This document shows, in pieces, positions 9,140 through 18,464 of a stretch of 29,750 nucleotides of DNA (positions are counted from its first letter, which is position 1; the number at the start of each line of letters is the position of its first letter). Below the pieces are notes generated by a model that had not been told where the DNA came from, ran no database searches, and was given only the letters and a program-made list of their open reading frames with translations. Position numbers and translations under genes: made by a program. Origin of the DNA: a virus (Duplodnaviria > Caudoviricetes); the IMG/VR virus record IMGVR_UViG_3300035562_000063, positions 1-29,750 of that record; one strand, written 5' to 3'.

Positions 9140-9648
9140 TGCGTGGCCCCTGTCAGACAGTAGACCATTTCAGACGCCCGGCGACGTTCCAGCCCGGCAG
9201 TTTTAACCCCGTTGACATACACCCAGCGCGGCAACTGCAGGCAGGCGTTGTGCCATTCCTGCCGCTTGATGAAACCGGCCAGTGTGGAGCCACACGCCGC
9301 CGTCACGCCGACATTGAAGGCAAAGGACACTACCGCGTCATAAACCGGTTGCGGCATCGTGGCAGGCATACAGCGCCCTATCGCACGCTCAACCCGGTAA
9401 ACGTCGGCAACCAGATTGATGGCGGCCTGGCGTTCGCTAATGACCTTGCCCGGCACCACCCCGGCGGTATGGCCAATTCCGCTCGTCCACACGTTCGCGC
9501 TGCACTGGTAAGGGGAAAGCCGACAGCCTTCAAAATCAGCCAGCAGACGCAACCCTGCCTCGGAGGTGTGTAAAGCGCTGTATTGTGGTAGTAAGGCGGC
9601 CAGCGCCAGTACGGCAGCCACAGTGCAACGTTTAGCGATTGAGCTCAT
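9136..9648 (-). CDS. Endolysin (GH24 lysozyme, probable SAR type)
   Basis: Start ATG 9648; weakly hydrophobic N-terminus; E-GCRLSPYQ-C-SANVW-T catalytic region; SFAFNVG; GLERRR. Confidence 0.92.
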   Translation of the reverse strand: MSSIAKRCTVAAVLALAALLPQYSALHTSEAGLRLLADFEGCRLSPYQCSANVWTSGIGHTAGVVPGKVISERQAAINLVADVYRVERAIGRCMPATMPQPVYDAVVSFAFNVGVTAACGSTLAGFIKRQEWHNACLQLPRWVYVNGVKTAGLERRRASEMVYCLTGATQ

Positions 9649-9841
9649 CGTATACTCCTCGGCTAACACCCAGTTTATTCAGTAACTGATAGCTTTTGCG
9701 TCGGTAGTACCAGTTAACAAAAAATGTACCGACGCCGACGGCGGCACCGACCATAAAGGCAATATCCTGCGGGCTGTATCGACCCACCCAGGCGAGAAAG
9801 GCCGCCACGGCGTAAGCCACCCACGATGTAATTTTCTCCAT
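9632..9841 (-). CDS. Holin (HP1-family-like)
   Basis: Start ATG 9841 MEKITSW; hydrophobic segments and TFFVNWYYRRK motif; directly upstream of the endolysin. Confidence 0.85.
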   Translation of the reverse strand: MEKITSWVAYAVAAFLAWVGRYSPQDIAFMVGAAVGVGTFFVNWYYRRKSYQLLNKLGVSRGVYDELNR

Positions 9842-9845
9842 GTTG

Positions 9846-10049
9846 TCAGTCCCATAAATTGACGGTTTCACGCTGCGGCGCGGCGGTCACGTCCGGCAGC
9901 TCTACCGGCTGGCCGTGGGGCAAAATCGCCCCGGCATCAGCCAGCCCAACATTCCGTGAGTAAACCTGTTCAACTACGCCTTGCGTGCGCCCGTAATAGC
10001 GCCAGCAAATCGCGTCAACGGTGTCGCCCTGCAGGGCGTAGATTTTCAT
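9846..10049 (-). CDS. X: Tail protein X
   Basis: Start ATG 10049 MKIYALQGDTVDAICWRYYGRT...VNLWD. Confidence 0.95.
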   Translation of the reverse strand: MKIYALQGDTVDAICWRYYGRTQGVVEQVYSRNVGLADAGAILPHGQPVELPDVTAAPQRETVNLWD

Positions 10050-10534
10050 TACAACAACCCGATGATGCAGTGGGCGCGGTCGGCCACATTGCTGATCGCG
10101 TTGCGGGCCGAGCGCCACAGCTCATCAATCGACGCCTCGATAACATCCGCTTTTCGCCCGCCGGTGGCGGTGGTGTCCATGCTGCGGTATTGCTCCGATA
10201 AAATGGCCGTGGTCATGGTGCTGACCGCGTTGCGGTATTCACTTACCCGGATGCTTTCGCCGTCGAGTTCATCGGCGGGGACATCCTCCAGCCGCTGATA
10301 GCCGTCGGCCATCTGGTCGCGGCGGTAGGTGAACAGCTCGGCGTTAACTTCCGCCAACGCACTTTTAATCGCCAGCCGTAGCCGTGGGGCGGTGATCGTG
10401 CCTTCAATGCGCATCACGTCGCGCACCTCTGCCGGGCGGATATCCGGGAAGAAAAAGACGTTTTTAATGATCGGCTCATCCTCCGGGCGCGGGGCTGGCG
10501 CGTCCGGACGGGGTTTTATAATGACGGTGCTCAT
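10049..10534 (-). CDS. L: Head completion protein L
   Basis: IKNVFFFPDI...EVNAEL...YRSMDTT...HCIIGLL. Confidence 0.94.
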   Translation of the reverse strand: MSTVIIKPRPDAPAPRPEDEPIIKNVFFFPDIRPAEVRDVMRIEGTITAPRLRLAIKSALAEVNAELFTYRRDQMADGYQRLEDVPADELDGESIRVSEYRNAVSTMTTAILSEQYRSMDTTATGGRKADVIEASIDELWRSARNAISNVADRAHCIIGLL

Positions 10535-10625
10535 AAGACCTCAAAAATAGGGGGCGGTGGACGACGGCGTTGACGAGGTAAAACCTGTTGCAGCCATCGT
10601 GCCGCCCGGCGCGGGGCGCGTTCTG

Positions 10626-11285
10626 TTAGCGGTTGATGGCGGTACGTATCGCCCGCTCCAGCCGTTCTATGTCCTTTTTGACACCGCAGCCGTTATGCAA
10701 CTGCAACGCACGTTTCAGGTGGTTTAACGCCAGTTCAGCCCTGCCCGTTTCGCGCAAGACGTACCCGGTAATTTTGTGCAGCTTGGCGCGCACTTGGTCG
10801 GGCATGTCTTCTGCGTCGGTGAGTTCCATGGTCTGCGTGAGATGGTCAATATCGACCGTCTCCCCGGCCTCATGGGCACGGGTGGCAGACTCGGCGACGA
10901 CTTCTGCGATGAGGTATGGCGTGGAGCGGGTAAAATTGCCCGGCGGTGCCAGCTTGTAGCGCAACGCGTAGCGGGCAATGTCCAACGCGCCGGGGATATC
11001 CCCGGCATCCAGTCGCCAAATCATGACTGTCATCAGAATGGCATCCTGCGCACCGTTACCCTCGGTCAGAACCCCGGTCACCCAGGGGGCATAGCCCGGC
11101 AGCAGTTGGCGCTTGAGTTCGGCTTTACGTTCTTGCGAGCGTATCTGCTTGAGCTTTCGCTTATCTTCATAGAGTTTAAGCATCATCAGTTCGTAGCCGT
11201 TGGCATGGCGCAGCGGGTCATTTTTCCGCTGCGCGGCCTCAACCGCAGACTGGCGCAGAAGGTGACGGCGGGCAGGGCTGGTCAT
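10626..11285 (-). CDS. M: Terminase endonuclease (small) subunit M
   Basis: MTSPARRH...MIWRLDAGD...DMPDQVRAKLHK...GVKKDIERLER. Confidence 0.95.
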   Translation of the reverse strand: MTSPARRHLLRQSAVEAAQRKNDPLRHANGYELMMLKLYEDKRKLKQIRSQERKAELKRQLLPGYAPWVTGVLTEGNGAQDAILMTVMIWRLDAGDIPGALDIARYALRYKLAPPGNFTRSTPYLIAEVVAESATRAHEAGETVDIDHLTQTMELTDAEDMPDQVRAKLHKITGYVLRETGRAELALNHLKRALQLHNGCGVKKDIERLERAIRTAINR

Positions 11286-11287
11286 GG

Positions 11288-12487
11288 TTACTTACCGCCT
11301 TTTGCCGCTTTGTCGTCTGTAGACATTTCAGCAGTATCGGTCTGTGTGCCCTGGGTGGCACCAACAACGGCCTGAACAACATTTGTGATTAGGGCCCGTT
11401 GATCTTCTGCTGCTTTAGCTTCCTTCTCCTCCTTCACTTTCTCCGGATCGGATGCTGGCAGCAGCTCGATATTTTCCACCAATGCGCCGCAGGCGTAATC
11501 CTCCACCACATAATCCTCGTTGATGGATTCGTAATTTTCGATGCGGTCACGCTTTGAGTTTTCAACCATATGGCGACGGTGGGTATCTTCCTGCCAGTAA
11601 ATAGACAAGTTATCCAGCCGGGTGATCATCAGAGCATTGGCAGGGAAAAACGGCACGCGCACGGCGGGCAAGTTGCCGATACGTTTTTGGCTGATAATCA
11701 GGTCAGCGGCCAGCGCTTCACTGTTCGGCTGTTCCTGATTCACTAGCGGAAAATACTTGTCGGCCAGTAACTGACGGCCACAGATCACCACCAGTTCCGG
11801 GTCTTCCTGATACCAGGGTGCAATCAAGGTGTTAGTTGCATCCATCACCAGTGCGTCAAGGGTGACGTAATCGCCCTCAGTCCCCACGCGAATTTTTTCT
11901 GATACCACGTTGCCCTTATCATCGACGACTTTATCCATCACGCGGGCCGGGGCGTTGTCGCGGTACTTTTGCAGCCAGCCCGGCGCAATATCCTGCAGCA
12001 GCGGAAACTTGATGCGGCTGGAGGTTTTCGCACGATGGGTGCCGTTGAAGCCGATCATCATGCGGTCGAGGGATTGGCGTTTTACGATGGCATCACGCAA
12101 ACGGGCCTGAAAGTCCTGATAACGGGCCCACAAATCAATCGTGTTGTAGCGGATGTGAAAATCGTAGTTCACCTGTTGGCAGAAATAGCCCTCCGCATCC
12201 AACGTGGCAAAGTCGGCGGTTTCGCGCTCATCGCCGCCGGTGGTATCGGTGGTGCTGGCAATGGAGCCGTTGACGCCTAGCCCGACCTTTTCCGCCTTCA
12301 TTTCTGCCACCGGTACAATATTGATGCGGGTCAGAAACGCGGAGGAATCCTGTACACGGGTCATGATGGTCTGCGTGACAGAGGGCTCTACACTGAATTT
12401 CTTATCCAGATCACCGGTGTCGACGCCGTTCAGCTCGGCAACCCGGGACAGAAAAGCATTAAATTTAATTCGTGTTTGCTTACGCAT
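11288..12487 (-). CDS. N: Major capsid protein N (P2 family)
   Basis: FSVEPSVTQT...MIGFNG...PLLQDIAPGWLQKYR...YESINEDYVVEDY. Confidence 0.97.
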   Translation of the reverse strand: MRKQTRIKFNAFLSRVAELNGVDTGDLDKKFSVEPSVTQTIMTRVQDSSAFLTRINIVPVAEMKAEKVGLGVNGSIASTTDTTGGDERETADFATLDAEGYFCQQVNYDFHIRYNTIDLWARYQDFQARLRDAIVKRQSLDRMMIGFNGTHRAKTSSRIKFPLLQDIAPGWLQKYRDNAPARVMDKVVDDKGNVVSEKIRVGTEGDYVTLDALVMDATNTLIAPWYQEDPELVVICGRQLLADKYFPLVNQEQPNSEALAADLIISQKRIGNLPAVRVPFFPANALMITRLDNLSIYWQEDTHRRHMVENSKRDRIENYESINEDYVVEDYACGALVENIELLPASDPEKVKEEKEAKAAEDQRALITNVVQAVVGATQGTQTDTAEMSTDDKAAKGGK

Positions 12488-12529
12488 GGTTATTCCTGTT
12501 TTTATTCGGTTTTATCGGGTGTCACTGCC

Positions 12530-13345
12530 TTAGCAGTCGGTCAGCACATCCTGTGCGCCATTACCGCCGGTGGCTTCCGGGCGCGTCGGTTGGCTAAAGC
12601 TTTCAGTATTGGAAAGCTGCGTTTTCAGTTCATTGAAAGCACTGTTGCCGGTTTCCACCTGCTGTTTGAGATCGGTGATCTCTTCATTGAGTGCGTCAGT
12701 TGTCTGGGTAAAACGCGTTTCGGCTTCCTGCAGTTGTTCGGCCACTGTCAATACCGCGCTTTCCATCTCGCCAAATCGCACATCATCACCAGCCTGCTTG
12801 CGGGTAAACATCGCCTTAATGCGGGCAGAGAATGAGGACTCCAGGGCGACGGTAGGTTCAAAATCAAACTGGACTTCCAGCGGAGCGGAAAATTCGACGT
12901 CATCGTGGCGGCGGCTAAACTCCAGCATGTCAGTGCCGAGGCTTGCCGGGTCATCGGTGACGGCCAGGCCGACCAAATAGGCTTTGCCGGTCTTGGCAAA
13001 GTCGCGGCGGATCTCCATCGAGGTGAAAACCTTTTGGCCTGCGCCGACCATTGACACCAGATCGGCGGTTGGGGCCAGACTGGAATACAACGCCCATTTG
13101 CCATGTAATAGCGGTTCGTCCGGCTCGTCGATTTTCTCGGCTTTAAGCTCAACAACACCACCATAACGGCGGAAATAGCCGTCCGGCAGAATGCCCTTGA
13201 TGTGCTCCATGTTGATTCGTGCACCGAACACCTTCGGGCTGTAGGTCGCGGCCATCTGCTGAATATCCGTTGCGCCGATCTCGCGGCCGTCAACGGTGTC
13301 GCCTTCAACGCCGATGCGGAAAAACTTGGAAACTTTCTTTGCCAT
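12530..13345 (-). CDS. O: Capsid scaffolding protein/protease O
   Basis: Start ATG 13345 MAKKVSKFFRIGVEGDTVDGR...YLVGLAVTDDPASLGT...LTDC. Confidence 0.96.
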   Translation of the reverse strand: MAKKVSKFFRIGVEGDTVDGREIGATDIQQMAATYSPKVFGARINMEHIKGILPDGYFRRYGGVVELKAEKIDEPDEPLLHGKWALYSSLAPTADLVSMVGAGQKVFTSMEIRRDFAKTGKAYLVGLAVTDDPASLGTDMLEFSRRHDDVEFSAPLEVQFDFEPTVALESSFSARIKAMFTRKQAGDDVRFGEMESAVLTVAEQLQEAETRFTQTTDALNEEITDLKQQVETGNSAFNELKTQLSNTESFSQPTRPEATGGNGAQDVLTDC

Positions 13346-13422
13346 GTAAACGGCTCCAGTTGTGGTGGTTGGGTACGGAGCCAGTTTCAGGGGAATGGCG
13401 TCGCGGCTCAACGCGTTGCGGT

Positions 13423-13440
13423 TGGAAGATCCAAGGCACA
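13423..13440. promoter_or_regulatory. Ogr/B-type late activator site between the divergent O and P promoters
   Basis: Minus strand TGT-GCCTTGGATCTT-CCA in the O/P intergenic region. Confidence 0.75.
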
Positions 13441-13487
13441 ACAGGGACTTAAGGCGAGTTGCATCGGGCTTCCGTAGCCTTTGCAGC

Positions 13488-15260
13488 ATGAACATGACAC
13501 CGACGACAACCATCATCCGCGATCCGCGCCGCCAGGCTGCCTTGCTCTACTGGCAGGGCTTCTCTGTGCGCCAAATTGCGGAAACGCTGAGTGCCAAGGC
13601 ACCGACCGTGCAGAGCTGGAAGTTCCGCGATAAATGGGACGATATCGCGCCCATTTCCCGCGTTGAGCAAAGCATGGAAGCGCGGTTAATTCAACTCATC
13701 ATGAAAACGCAAAAGGAGGGGATCGACTTTAAAGAGATTGACCTGCTCGGCCGCCAGATTGAACGACTGGCGCGGGTCAATCGCTATTCCATAACCGGCA
13801 ACGAGGGGGATTTAAACCCGAATGTCGCCAACCGCAACAAAGGCGAACGTAAGCCCGTCGAGCGCAACCTGTTCAGTGAAGCGGCCATTGCAAAACTCAA
13901 CGATATTTTTCTGGGGGATTGCTTCGAGTACCAGCGCGGGTGGCACCGTGCCGGGATGCAACACCGCATCCGCAATATCCTGAAATCGCGCCAGATTGGC
14001 GCAACCTTCTATTTTGCCCGTGAAGCGTTAATGGATGCGTTGACCACCGGTCGCAATCAGATTTTTCTGTCAGCCAGTAAGGCGCAGGCGCATGTTTTCC
14101 GCAACTACATCATTGATTTTGCCCGGCTGGTCGAAGTTGACCTAAAGGGCGATCCCATGGTGTTGCCGAACGGGGCACGCCTGATTTTTCTCGGTACCAA
14201 CGTACGCACCGCGCAGAGCTACACCGGCAACCTCTATCTGGATGAGTATTTTTGGATCCCGAAATTCCAGGAGCTGCGCAAAGTCGCCAGCGGGATGTCA
14301 CTGCACAAGAAATGGCGCACCACGTACTTTTCCACGCCGTCCAGTTTGGCGCACTCCGCGTACCCGTTCTGGTCGGGTGAACTGTTCAACAAGGGCCGCC
14401 GCAGCAAGAACGACCACATTCAGCTCGACCTCAGTCACAGCCACTTGGCAAAAGGCATGCTGTGCGGGGATGGACAGTGGCGGCAGATTGTCACGGTAGA
14501 AGATGCGCTGACCGGCGGCTGTAACCTGTTTGATCTCAATCAGTTGTCTCTCGAATACGCGCCATCAGAGTATCAAAACCTGTTGATGTGTGAATTCGTG
14601 GACGATACCGCGTCGGTGTTCCCGTTCGCGGAGCTGCAAGGCTGTATGGTCGACACGCTGGAAGAATGGGAAGACGTCAACCCCTACGCCGTACGGCCGT
14701 TCGGCTATCGCCCTGTGTGGATTGGTTACGATCCGTCAGAAGCTAACGGTGGCGACAGCGCCGGGTGTGCAGTAATCGCGCCGCCTATGGTGGCCGGTGG
14801 CAAATTCCGCGTGCTCGAGCGCCATCAGTGGCAGGGCATGAACTTTGCCGATCAGGCTCAGAAAATCGCAGACCTGACAGAAAAATATTGCGTGGAATAC
14901 ATCGGCATAGATGCAACCACCGTGGGGCAAGGGGTTTTCCAGTTGGTACGCGAATTCTTCCCGGCAGCGCGGGAAATCAAATACACCCCAGAAATCAAAA
15001 CTGCCATGGTGCTGAAAGCCAAAGACACCATTGGGCGCGGCTGTCTCGAATATGACACCAGCCACACCGATATCACCGCCGCCTTTATGGCGATCCGCAA
15101 GACCATGACCGCCAGCGGCGCACGTTCTACCTATACAGCCAGCCGCAGCGAAGAAGCCAGCCACGCCGATGTCGCGTGGGCAATCATGCACGCCCTGTTA
15201 AACGAACCGCTCACCGCAGGCAGCGGCCACAGCAGCCCGAACATTTTGGAGTTTTATTAA
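13488..15260 (+). CDS. P: Terminase ATPase (large) subunit P
   Basis: Start ATG 13488; LKSRQIGATF Walker A, LYLDEYFW Walker B, C-terminal HADVAWA. Confidence 0.97.
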   Translation: MNMTPTTTIIRDPRRQAALLYWQGFSVRQIAETLSAKAPTVQSWKFRDKWDDIAPISRVEQSMEARLIQLIMKTQKEGIDFKEIDLLGRQIERLARVNRYSITGNEGDLNPNVANRNKGERKPVERNLFSEAAIAKLNDIFLGDCFEYQRGWHRAGMQHRIRNILKSRQIGATFYFAREALMDALTTGRNQIFLSASKAQAHVFRNYIIDFARLVEVDLKGDPMVLPNGARLIFLGTNVRTAQSYTGNLYLDEYFWIPKFQELRKVASGMSLHKKWRTTYFSTPSSLAHSAYPFWSGELFNKGRRSKNDHIQLDLSHSHLAKGMLCGDGQWRQIVTVEDALTGGCNLFDLNQLSLEYAPSEYQNLLMCEFVDDTASVFPFAELQGCMVDTLEEWEDVNPYAVRPFGYRPVWIGYDPSEANGGDSAGCAVIAPPMVAGGKFRVLERHQWQGMNFADQAQKIADLTEKYCVEYIGIDATTVGQGVFQLVREFFPAAREIKYTPEIKTAMVLKAKDTIGRGCLEYDTSHTDITAAFMAIRKTMTASGARSTYTASRSEEASHADVAWAIMHALLNEPLTAGSGHSSPNILEFY

Positions 15261-16276
15261 TGAGTAAACGCAAAGGTCGTAAGGCACTTACCTCCCCTAC
15301 TCCTGCCACTCACGGGCAAGACTTTGAGGCGTTCTCCTTCGGAGAACCTTCTCCGGTGTTAGATAAGCGGGAAATTTTGGATTACATCGAATGCACCGGT
15401 AACGACAAATGGTACGAACCTCCGATCAGCTTTGACGGACTGGCGCGCAGTATGCGGGCCGCCGTGCATCACAGCTCACCAATGTTTGTGAAGCGCAATA
15501 TTCTGGCGTCTACCTTCATTCCACACCCGCTGTTAAGCCAGCAGGAGTTTAGCCGCTATGCGCTGGATTACCTGGTGTTTGGTAATGCGTTCTTGGAACT
15601 GCGCAAGAACCAGCTCGGCGAACCACTGCGCCTGCAGTGTTCACCGGCCAAGTACACCCGTCGAGGTGTTGAACCGGATACATATTGGTTTGTCCAGGAC
15701 TGGAAAGAACCTCATCAGTTTGCACCGGGGAGCGTATTTCATCTGATTGAACCTGATATTAACCAAGAGCTATACGGCCTACCTGAGTATCTCAGCGCCT
15801 TGAATTCTGCATGGTTGAATGAAGCTGCGACGCTGTTCCGCCGCAAGTATTACCAAAATGGCGCACACGCTGGTTATATCCTGTATATGACCGACGCGGC
15901 GCAGAGCACCAGCGACGTGGACAGGATGCGTCAAGCCATGCGAGACACTAAAGGGTTGGGAAACTTCCGTAATCTATTTATGTACGCGCCAAACGGGAAG
16001 CCCGACGGCATTAAAATCTTGCCTCTGAGTGAGGTCGCAACCAAAGATGATTTTTTCAATATTAAGAATGCTACTCGAGACGATTTACTGAGTGCTCACC
16101 GTGTACCGCCTCAGATGATGGGAATCATCCCAAATAACACTGGGGGGTTTGGGGATGTTGAGAAAGCTAGTCAAGTTTTTGTGCGGAATGAGTTGATCTC
16201 ATTGCAAGAGAGAATGAAAGAAATCAATCAATGGGTTGGAGATGAAATTGTCAACTTCAAAAACTACAAGCTGTAA
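15260..16276 (+). CDS. Q: Portal protein Q
   Basis: Start ATG 15260 (TAATG overlap with P); YGLPEY, FRRKYYQNGAHAG, HRVPPQMMG, GGFGDVEKA. Confidence 0.97.
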   Translation: MSKRKGRKALTSPTPATHGQDFEAFSFGEPSPVLDKREILDYIECTGNDKWYEPPISFDGLARSMRAAVHHSSPMFVKRNILASTFIPHPLLSQQEFSRYALDYLVFGNAFLELRKNQLGEPLRLQCSPAKYTRRGVEPDTYWFVQDWKEPHQFAPGSVFHLIEPDINQELYGLPEYLSALNSAWLNEAATLFRRKYYQNGAHAGYILYMTDAAQSTSDVDRMRQAMRDTKGLGNFRNLFMYAPNGKPDGIKILPLSEVATKDDFFNIKNATRDDLLSAHRVPPQMMGIIPNNTGGFGDVEKASQVFVRNELISLQERMKEINQWVGDEIVNFKNYKL

Positions 16277-16439
16277 TGAAACAGTACCTTTACTTTTCTT
16301 ATGGTTAGATTAAGATATCCGATGACTGGGTAATTCAATGTGTCGATAGCAGGGGGACTCACTGGTCATAAACGAGTTGAGGCTTAGCTGAAAAGCGGTT
16401 CTCGTCCTAGGTCTGACACAAAGCTTTACCCAGTCAAAA

Positions 16440-17444
16440 TCAGCTAAATGACTTTCTTCTGGCAACTTCGTAGAGTGAATAAAAACATTCCTCTTTATGT
16501 TTAACTACCCCACCTAGGGTTAACTCAGTACATTCAATTATTAAAGTAATCACTGCCTCATGCCGCTCATAGAAAGTCACTCGTGAAGTAATTCCCTCAT
16601 ACCATCTAACTCTTGTTTGTCCGCATGGAAGACGTTGATTTTCTTTTTTCGTTAATTTTTTTCTTACCAAACTCCGATTAACCATCAACATCCTAAACGC
16701 TACTGGAAGCAATTGTAGTGACTGATATTTAGTAGAAGAAGGTCGGCTAAACCGAGTCATATGCTTCCACCCTCTCCAAGTTATTTTTGCAGAAAATTCC
16801 CCTGGGTTTTTATCATAAAAACTCTTCCAGTTACTATAATATAACTTAGCGTTAACAAAAGCATTGTCAGATTTTTTAGATATATATTTTAAATTAACCT
16901 CTTCAAATTGGAATGGAAGCTCAGCCTCGGCCCGAATAATAGGCAATTGCCTAAACTCAGCCCAACGCCAACATAAATCAAAGAATTTTGACTTTGCATT
17001 TCCATCAAATTTCTGATCAAATTTAAATGAAACGACGCCTGTGTCTTCATTATAACAATCACTTCTCAAATTAGCCCAATACGCCTCAGGAGTTCCTTTC
17101 GTATGTCTTGGAGGGATTACATTAATAATAATCACTGGCCCAGGATAAGATAGCCACCGAGGTATATGGTCAGAGAGATACTCTTTTTTTAAATTTATTT
17201 TATAATCTCTTGTAGGTTTCTCCGTAACATATCCCGTTTTAATTTGAGCAAAAATCACATCACCAGTAGGTCCCGCATAAGCAGTTTTCTTCCTACGTTT
17301 CAATAAAATCAATACATCTATACCATCATCATTGTGAGCAGAAATAACCTCCATACCTGCATTCCACAACCCCTCGACTATCCATTGAACCCATGCAACA
17401 CCAAGCTGTCCTTGGTGATTTATGTCAATTCTATTTTTAGCCAC
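16440..17444 (-). CDS. DUF4365-like PD-(D/E)xK nuclease domain fused to an unassigned C-terminal domain
   Basis: GTG start with AAGGA RBS; N-terminal G..G...NDDGID...FAQIKTG motif typical of DUF4365; AT-rich. Confidence 0.72.
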   Translation of the reverse strand: MAKNRIDINHQGQLGVAWVQWIVEGLWNAGMEVISAHNDDGIDVLILLKRRKKTAYAGPTGDVIFAQIKTGYVTEKPTRDYKINLKKEYLSDHIPRWLSYPGPVIIINVIPPRHTKGTPEAYWANLRSDCYNEDTGVVSFKFDQKFDGNAKSKFFDLCWRWAEFRQLPIIRAEAELPFQFEEVNLKYISKKSDNAFVNAKLYYSNWKSFYDKNPGEFSAKITWRGWKHMTRFSRPSSTKYQSLQLLPVAFRMLMVNRSLVRKKLTKKENQRLPCGQTRVRWYEGITSRVTFYERHEAVITLIIECTELTLGGVVKHKEECFYSLYEVARRKSFS

Positions 17445-17453
17445 TAAGCATCC

Positions 17454-18464
17454 TTAATTTTTATTTATTTTAGATAAGTTAACTTTCGCATTTATCAAAG
17501 AAAGTAACTTTTCCGATGATGTATGAGAGCGATGAACCTCATCGTGGCAAACATTACATAGTGTAATTAAATTCTCTTCTAAATTTACACCACCATCTGC
17601 ATGGTGTTCGATGTGATGTAGCTCAAGTAAAGAACGGGGATCATTAGGTATTCTGCTTTTATAATTCCACCCACACATACAGCAAGCATGATTGTCTCGT
17701 TCGAGAACTTTAATCCTCACATAATCAGAGATTTTTCGATCATGTGGTTTTGCTTGCCTATCCTCTTCTAATAAATAAGCACCCACAGGCAACTCTGGTC
17801 TTCCGGAGTTCTTTGTTGCAATAGGCCATCCATCTTCGGTCCGTAATTCTCTCGTTCTGCGGGCCCACTCTTTGCTGTCGTTAGCCAAATAACGCAACTC
17901 CTCTCCCGACACGGCTCTACCGACATTTTTCCTCAAGTATTCAAGAAGCTTGTCCTTTACAGACAACTTACTTTTTCTCAAACTATTTGCCATACGCCAG
18001 CGATGTGCTGCATCACGATCCTGCTCTATATTGATCAAAGTATAAACATCTGTTTTAAGGCACTGTAGTGATGTCACGCCAAGATCTTCTAGAGTAACCT
18101 CATCCTGTTCGACTATTTCTTTCAGCATTTTCCCACTGAGAATTGCCCAACCCGATTCAACCCTTAACTCACGTATACGTCGCGCATATTCACTTATACC
18201 CGCGACAACCATTATCTCATCACCATGAACAATGCTTTTAGGGTATTTAAGTAAGTAAGAAAGGATCCGATCTCTTGCACTATTACTATCTTCGCCAACA
18301 ACTAATGAACTCCCCAAATCACGAAGCAAATGGTTTGCCGGGATCAAGGCCATGACTTGGTCCCGTAAAGAATCCTCAAGCAGTTTATGCTCAAAATCTA
18401 TAATGAGATCTAGCAATTCTCTACGCAGCTTCTCCGGCGTGTTTTTCTTTGATCTTCTCGCCAT
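17454..18464 (-). CDS. HNH endonuclease with two repeated winged-HTH-like domains (putative restriction endonuclease)
   Basis: C-terminal RDNHACCMCG...LELHHIEHHADGG...NLITLCNVCHDEVH; internal repeat EYARRIRELRVESGWAI / EWARRTRELRTEDGWPI. Confidence 0.85.
   Translation of the reverse strand: MARRSKKNTPEKLRRELLDLIIDFEHKLLEDSLRDQVMALIPANHLLRDLGSSLVVGEDSNSARDRILSYLLKYPKSIVHGDEIMVVAGISEYARRIRELRVESGWAILSGKMLKEIVEQDEVTLEDLGVTSLQCLKTDVYTLINIEQDRDAAHRWRMANSLRKSKLSVKDKLLEYLRKNVGRAVSGEELRYLANDSKEWARRTRELRTEDGWPIATKNSGRPELPVGAYLLEEDRQAKPHDRKISDYVRIKVLERDNHACCMCGWNYKSRIPNDPRSLLELHHIEHHADGGVNLEENLITLCNVCHDEVHRSHTSSEKLLSLINAKVNLSKINKN

Noticed and set aside
13346-13516. Long N-terminal extensions of O and P given in the ORF track
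   Set aside because: They cross the divergent late promoter region; family N-termini begin at 13345 and 13488
200-15746. Many antisense or alternate-frame ORFs over the structural genes (e.g. 10776..11375 +, 9139..9573 +, 12748..13308 -)
   Set aside because: Shadow ORFs of well-supported GC-rich phage genes with no recognisable motifs
16323-16436. Retron msr-msd interpretation of the inverted-repeat element
   Set aside because: No reverse transcriptase gene in the window
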